DNA of 32,000 nucleotides from Wolbachia endosymbiont of Cimex lectularius (GTDB lineage Bacteria; Pseudomonadota; Alphaproteobacteria; Rickettsiales; Anaplasmataceae): NCBI RefSeq assembly GCF_000829315.1, contig NZ_AP013028.1, positions 780,001 to 812,000 of the forward strand, read 5' to 3'. Shown piece by piece: positions 29,002 to 32,000 of this stretch (position 1 is its first letter; each line of letters starts with the position of its first letter). The notes under the pieces were generated by a model. It saw only the letters and a program-made list of their open reading frames with translations, ran no database searches and was not told where the DNA came from. The position numbers and the translations under genes were made by a program.

Positions 29002-29898
29002 TTAGCAAGGAATATAATAATGTAGCACTGCCTTGCGTATTACCAATCCGAATTCTACCTGCTGTAAAATAACACAATCTTCTATATCACTGCTGATCTC
29101 AATCCCTCTGTTTATTGGCCCTGGATGCATAACAATTGCACTTGGTTTTGCGTATGATAACTTTCGTGAATCAAGCCCATATAAATGAAAATATTCTCTC
29201 TCTGAAGGAACAAAACAACTATTATTCATGCGCTCTTTTTGCAACCTCAAAAGCATAATTACATCGGCATCCTTTATGCCTTCAATTAGCGAATAATGGA
29301 CTGAATCTACCTCAGGAAAATGTCTACAAATCAAAGTTGGTGGTGCAACCAAGCATATTTTTGCTCCAAACATTTTTAGTAATCTTATATTCGATCTTGC
29401 AACTCTGCTGTGCAAAATATCTCCGCATATCACAATTTTGAGATCTTTTATTTGCTTCTTATAACTACTGATTACAAAGTAATCCGCAAGTGCTTGAGTT
29501 GGATGTTCACTGCTTCCATCACCGGCATTGATTAGTGAGCAGCTAACATGCTCGGCCAGCATATTCGAAATACCGCTGTTTTTTTGCCTGATTACTATAT
29601 AGTCAGGATTCATTGCATTTAACGTTTTTACCATGTCTTTCAAATTTTCTCCTTTATTAATAGAAGAAGATTTTATCGGCAGAGTTATAACATTTGCTCC
29701 AAGACTTTTTGCCGCTATTTCAAAAGAGGCAAGGGTACGCGTTGAATCTTCAAAAAACAGATTTATTACTGTCTTGTTTTCTAAGATATGCCCATTTGCA
29801 GCTTCATTTTTTAGGTATTGACCAGCTAACTTAATTATATTTTCTACATCATTGATTGTTAGATTCTGTATGCTTAGCAGATTCTTTCTATTGCTCAT
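29002..29898 (-). CDS. pyrB: Aspartate carbamoyltransferase catalytic subunit
   Basis: NLTINDVENII, INLFFEDSTRTLASFEIAAKSLGANVI (FFEDSTRT), SSEHPTQALADYF, VMHPGPINRGIEI. Confidence 0.94.
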   Translation of the reverse strand: MSNRKNLLSIQNLTINDVENIIKLAGQYLKNEAANGHILENKTVINLFFEDSTRTLASFEIAAKSLGANVITLPIKSSSINKGENLKDMVKTLNAMNPDYIVIRQKNSGISNMLAEHVSCSLINAGDGSSEHPTQALADYFVISSYKKQIKDLKIVICGDILHSRVARSNIRLLKMFGAKICLVAPPTLICRHFPEVDSVHYSLIEGIKDADVIMLLRLQKERMNNSCFVPSEREYFHLYGLDSRKLSYAKPSAIVMHPGPINRGIEISSDIEDCVILQQVEFGLVIRKAVLHYYIPC

Positions 29899-30272
29899 AA
29901 TTTCTTTTTATTGTATAATTGCCATTTACCTCATTCTACCTCTTTATTACCTTTTTTCAATAAGTCCCCTCCACGACAATTATTTTAGCTAGGCCTAAAT
30001 AGGCATTGCATTAAAACAAAAACTGGTATTAACTGATAATTAGTACTCTGGTTTTATTATGGTGAGTATGTTAATAGTAAGTGGGGTTGGAAATGGTTGC
30101 GAAAGCTGAAAAGAAAGATGAGAAAACTAGCCTGGGAAGCAAAATACTAGATTACGTGCCGTGGAGAACGGCACTCACAGTTGCTGCTTTGCTATTCCAG
30201 TTGTTGGTCCTGTTGCTGGTACAGTTGTTGGAACTTTAGCATATGGTAATTATAGGAAGAATAAGAACCTGT

Positions 30273-30737
30273 TTAAAATCTTCGTAACAGGAGAGAAATG
30301 AAGGAGAGGACTATCATCTGTAAGCTAGTGTTGAGCTTCCGCTCGCAATTTTTCCACAATCGCCTGCACTTTTCTAACCAGGCAAAAGAGCGTTCAACAA
30401 CCCATCTTTTTGGCAATACGACGAAAGTGTGTAACTCACTTCGCTTTATTACTTCAACAGTCGCACCAATGATAGCTTTTATTTGTGTTGCAAAATTTTC
30501 TCCTGTGTAGCCAGCATCAACCAGTATGTTTTTAACTTCAGAGAGGTTTGCTTTAGCATTTTCGACCATTTTCACAGTACTGCTACGGTCAGTTGCTTCT
30601 GCCGTTGTTACATAAATTGCATGTGGCAAACCTTGTGTATCAACTGCAATATGGCGCTTTATCCCTGAAATCTTTTTACCTGCATCATAGCCTTTTTTTT
30701 TCAGCAGTATCTGCGTTTTTAACGCTTTGAGAATCAA
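30273..30737 (-). CDS. IS5-family transposase C-terminal ORF (copy E)
   Basis: 154-aa ORF with one A to T change (DRSSTVKM). Confidence 0.85.
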   Translation of the reverse strand: MILKALKTQILLKKKGYDAGKKISGIKRHIAVDTQGLPHAIYVTTAEATDRSSTVKMVENAKANLSEVKNILVDAGYTGENFATQIKAIIGATVEVIKRSELHTFVVLPKRWVVERSFAWLEKCRRLWKNCERKLNTSLQMIVLSFISLLLRRF

Positions 30738-30748
30738 TTATACAAAAG

Positions 30749-31069
30749 CTAGTTTTCTCTTTCCGACCATTGCTGATACGGACCTCTCCAACTAATTTTT
30801 TTTAAGACTAATTCCAACAAGCTTGGCTCTTCTCCATTCTTTTTACTCCACACTCGAAAATAGTAATATACGCTTTCCCATCTTGGAAAACCCTTTGGTA
30901 ACATCCTCCACTGACAACCACTTTTTAAGACGTACAACACCCCACAAAATACGTCATACAAATCAAGTTTTCTTGGTTTTGTTTTCTGCTTGCTACTCTC
31001 CAAAATTGGCCTGATTTTTTCAAACTGCTCTTGACTTATATTACTTGGATAACTTTTCTGCATAGACAC
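30749..31069 (-). CDS. IS5-family transposase N-terminal ORF (copy E)
   Basis: 106-aa ORF. Confidence 0.85.
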   Translation of the reverse strand: MSMQKSYPSNISQEQFEKIRPILESSKQKTKPRKLDLYDVFCGVLYVLKSGCQWRMLPKGFPRWESVYYYFRVWSKKNGEEPSLLELVLKKISWRGPYQQWSEREN

Positions 31070-31125
31070 CTCATTATTAATCTATGCTTACTTTACCTCA
31101 CATTTCCAAGATTTTAAACAGGTTC

Positions 31126-31148
31126 TTACGAAGATTTTAAACAGGTTC
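31126..31148 (+). mobile_element. 23-bp solo IS 3'-end remnant abutting copy E
   Basis: TTACGAAGATTTTAAACAGGTTC, identical to the last 23 bp of plus-oriented copies A and D, followed by TAA. Confidence 0.85.
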
Positions 31149-32000
31149 TAAGAAAAATGGGCTTGAAAAAGCTTGGGATGAACATTGCAAAAACGAGAAA
31201 GCTCCTGATGATAAAAAAACTGACCAGTACAAAAAGAAATTTGAAGAATTTTACAATCTAGGTACAAATTATACTAACCTATTACCAAAGGAAGAAGCCG
31301 GAAATTATCGACCATTTGCAAAACAGGTCTTTAAGGAGATGTTTAAACACGCTGGAGCTCAAGTTCCAAGCGACCCTATCTTGGAAGAACTAGTTACCCA
31401 TTGCAACCAAGCAGGATATGAAGGTGCTTTATTTACACAAATTAGCCTTAGTAAGTATGGTCTAATGCTACAAAATCCTGTAAAAGTGATAAATATTGAC
31501 TGTACTGATATAAATCACATAACAGTGAAATCTGATATGATAATACCTATAGTGAAATCTGATGATCCAGAAGAAGAAGCTTGCCGGATAAATAGCTCAC
31601 TAGAATTCACACTTGAATCTCAAGATGGAAAAGATGGTGTAACATATAAAGATGGTAAATTATTACTCACTATTTCTGAGAAGCTAAAAGACTACCCAGT
31701 TGTTGATGAAATGCAACAAAGTAAAAGTTTATTTGATGTCATTAAAGAAATTTTTCTCCAATTGATTGAGAAAGTTTTTGGCCATACTAATGATATAAAA
31801 ATAATAGAAGAGAACGATGTGATTACAATGGCAGGCAGCTTTGGTAAGTCATTGAAAGTAAAGAGTACACTAAAGGAAGTCAAGCCAATAATGAGTGACA
31901 TTGCTCGGAACAAATAGTAGTAAAAAACTGCATCTAGTCAAAAGAGAGTGAAAATTCTTCTACACAATCAATCACTTCAGAACTTGAAAATTGATTTTTA

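Larger units (their letters stand above)
30265..31125 (-). mobile_element. IS5-family element (ISWpi1-like), copy E, 861 bp
   Basis: Same terminal repeats. Left flank TAA (30262-30264), right flank TTA followed by a second partial IS end. Confidence 0.93.
30093..31917 (+). pseudogene. Hypothetical protein gene with hydrophobic N-terminus, split by IS copy E and carrying a 1-nt frameshift
   Basis: MVAKAEKKDEKTSLGSKILDYVPWRTALTVAA/(shift)/AIPVVGPVAGTVVGTLAYGNYRKNK//KNGLEKAWDEHCKNEKAPDDKKTDQYKKKFEEFYNL...; open in frame from 31152 through 31917. Confidence 0.7.

Noticed and set aside
14002-31148. Regularly repeated sequences considered as a CRISPR array
   Set aside because: Repeats are full IS elements with transposase ORFs and TSDs; no short repeats with regular unique spacers were seen.

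Overview
AT-rich window that looks like Wolbachia (Rickettsiales): compact housekeeping genes (ubiD family, ccmC, nusB, ribH, yidC, retropepsin-like protease, secF, ccmF, prmC, pyrB) mixed with heavily decayed accessory DNA. Five near-identical ~861 bp IS5-family elements (ISWpi1-like) share perfect outer ends (GAACCTGTTTAAAATCTT) and generate 3-bp TNA target duplications; virtual excision restores reading frames at four of the five sites. The main discovery is a PvuII-like type II restriction-modification locus at 13727-16402. It has an intact beta-class (TSPPF) DNA methyltransferase, divergent from a natural controller-restriction (C-R) fusion gene whose endonuclease domain is split by an IS immediately after the catalytic ELKS motif. 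Removing IS+TSD restores '...[54 protein letters not shown]...' in frame. A C-box-like palindrome sits inside the methyltransferase promoter. Other notable items: a ~1139-aa collagenase-like (HEFAH) surface or toxin-type protein broken by three independent lesions; a RelBE-like pair whose toxin lacks a canonical start and is missing from the ORF track; a group II intron 5' remnant carrying an IS; a nested-IS fossil; an in-frame palindromic element inside ccmF; three copies of a ~450 bp intergenic repeat; and frameshifted ankyrin and patatin genes. Family assignments come from recalled sequence motifs; no database search was run.
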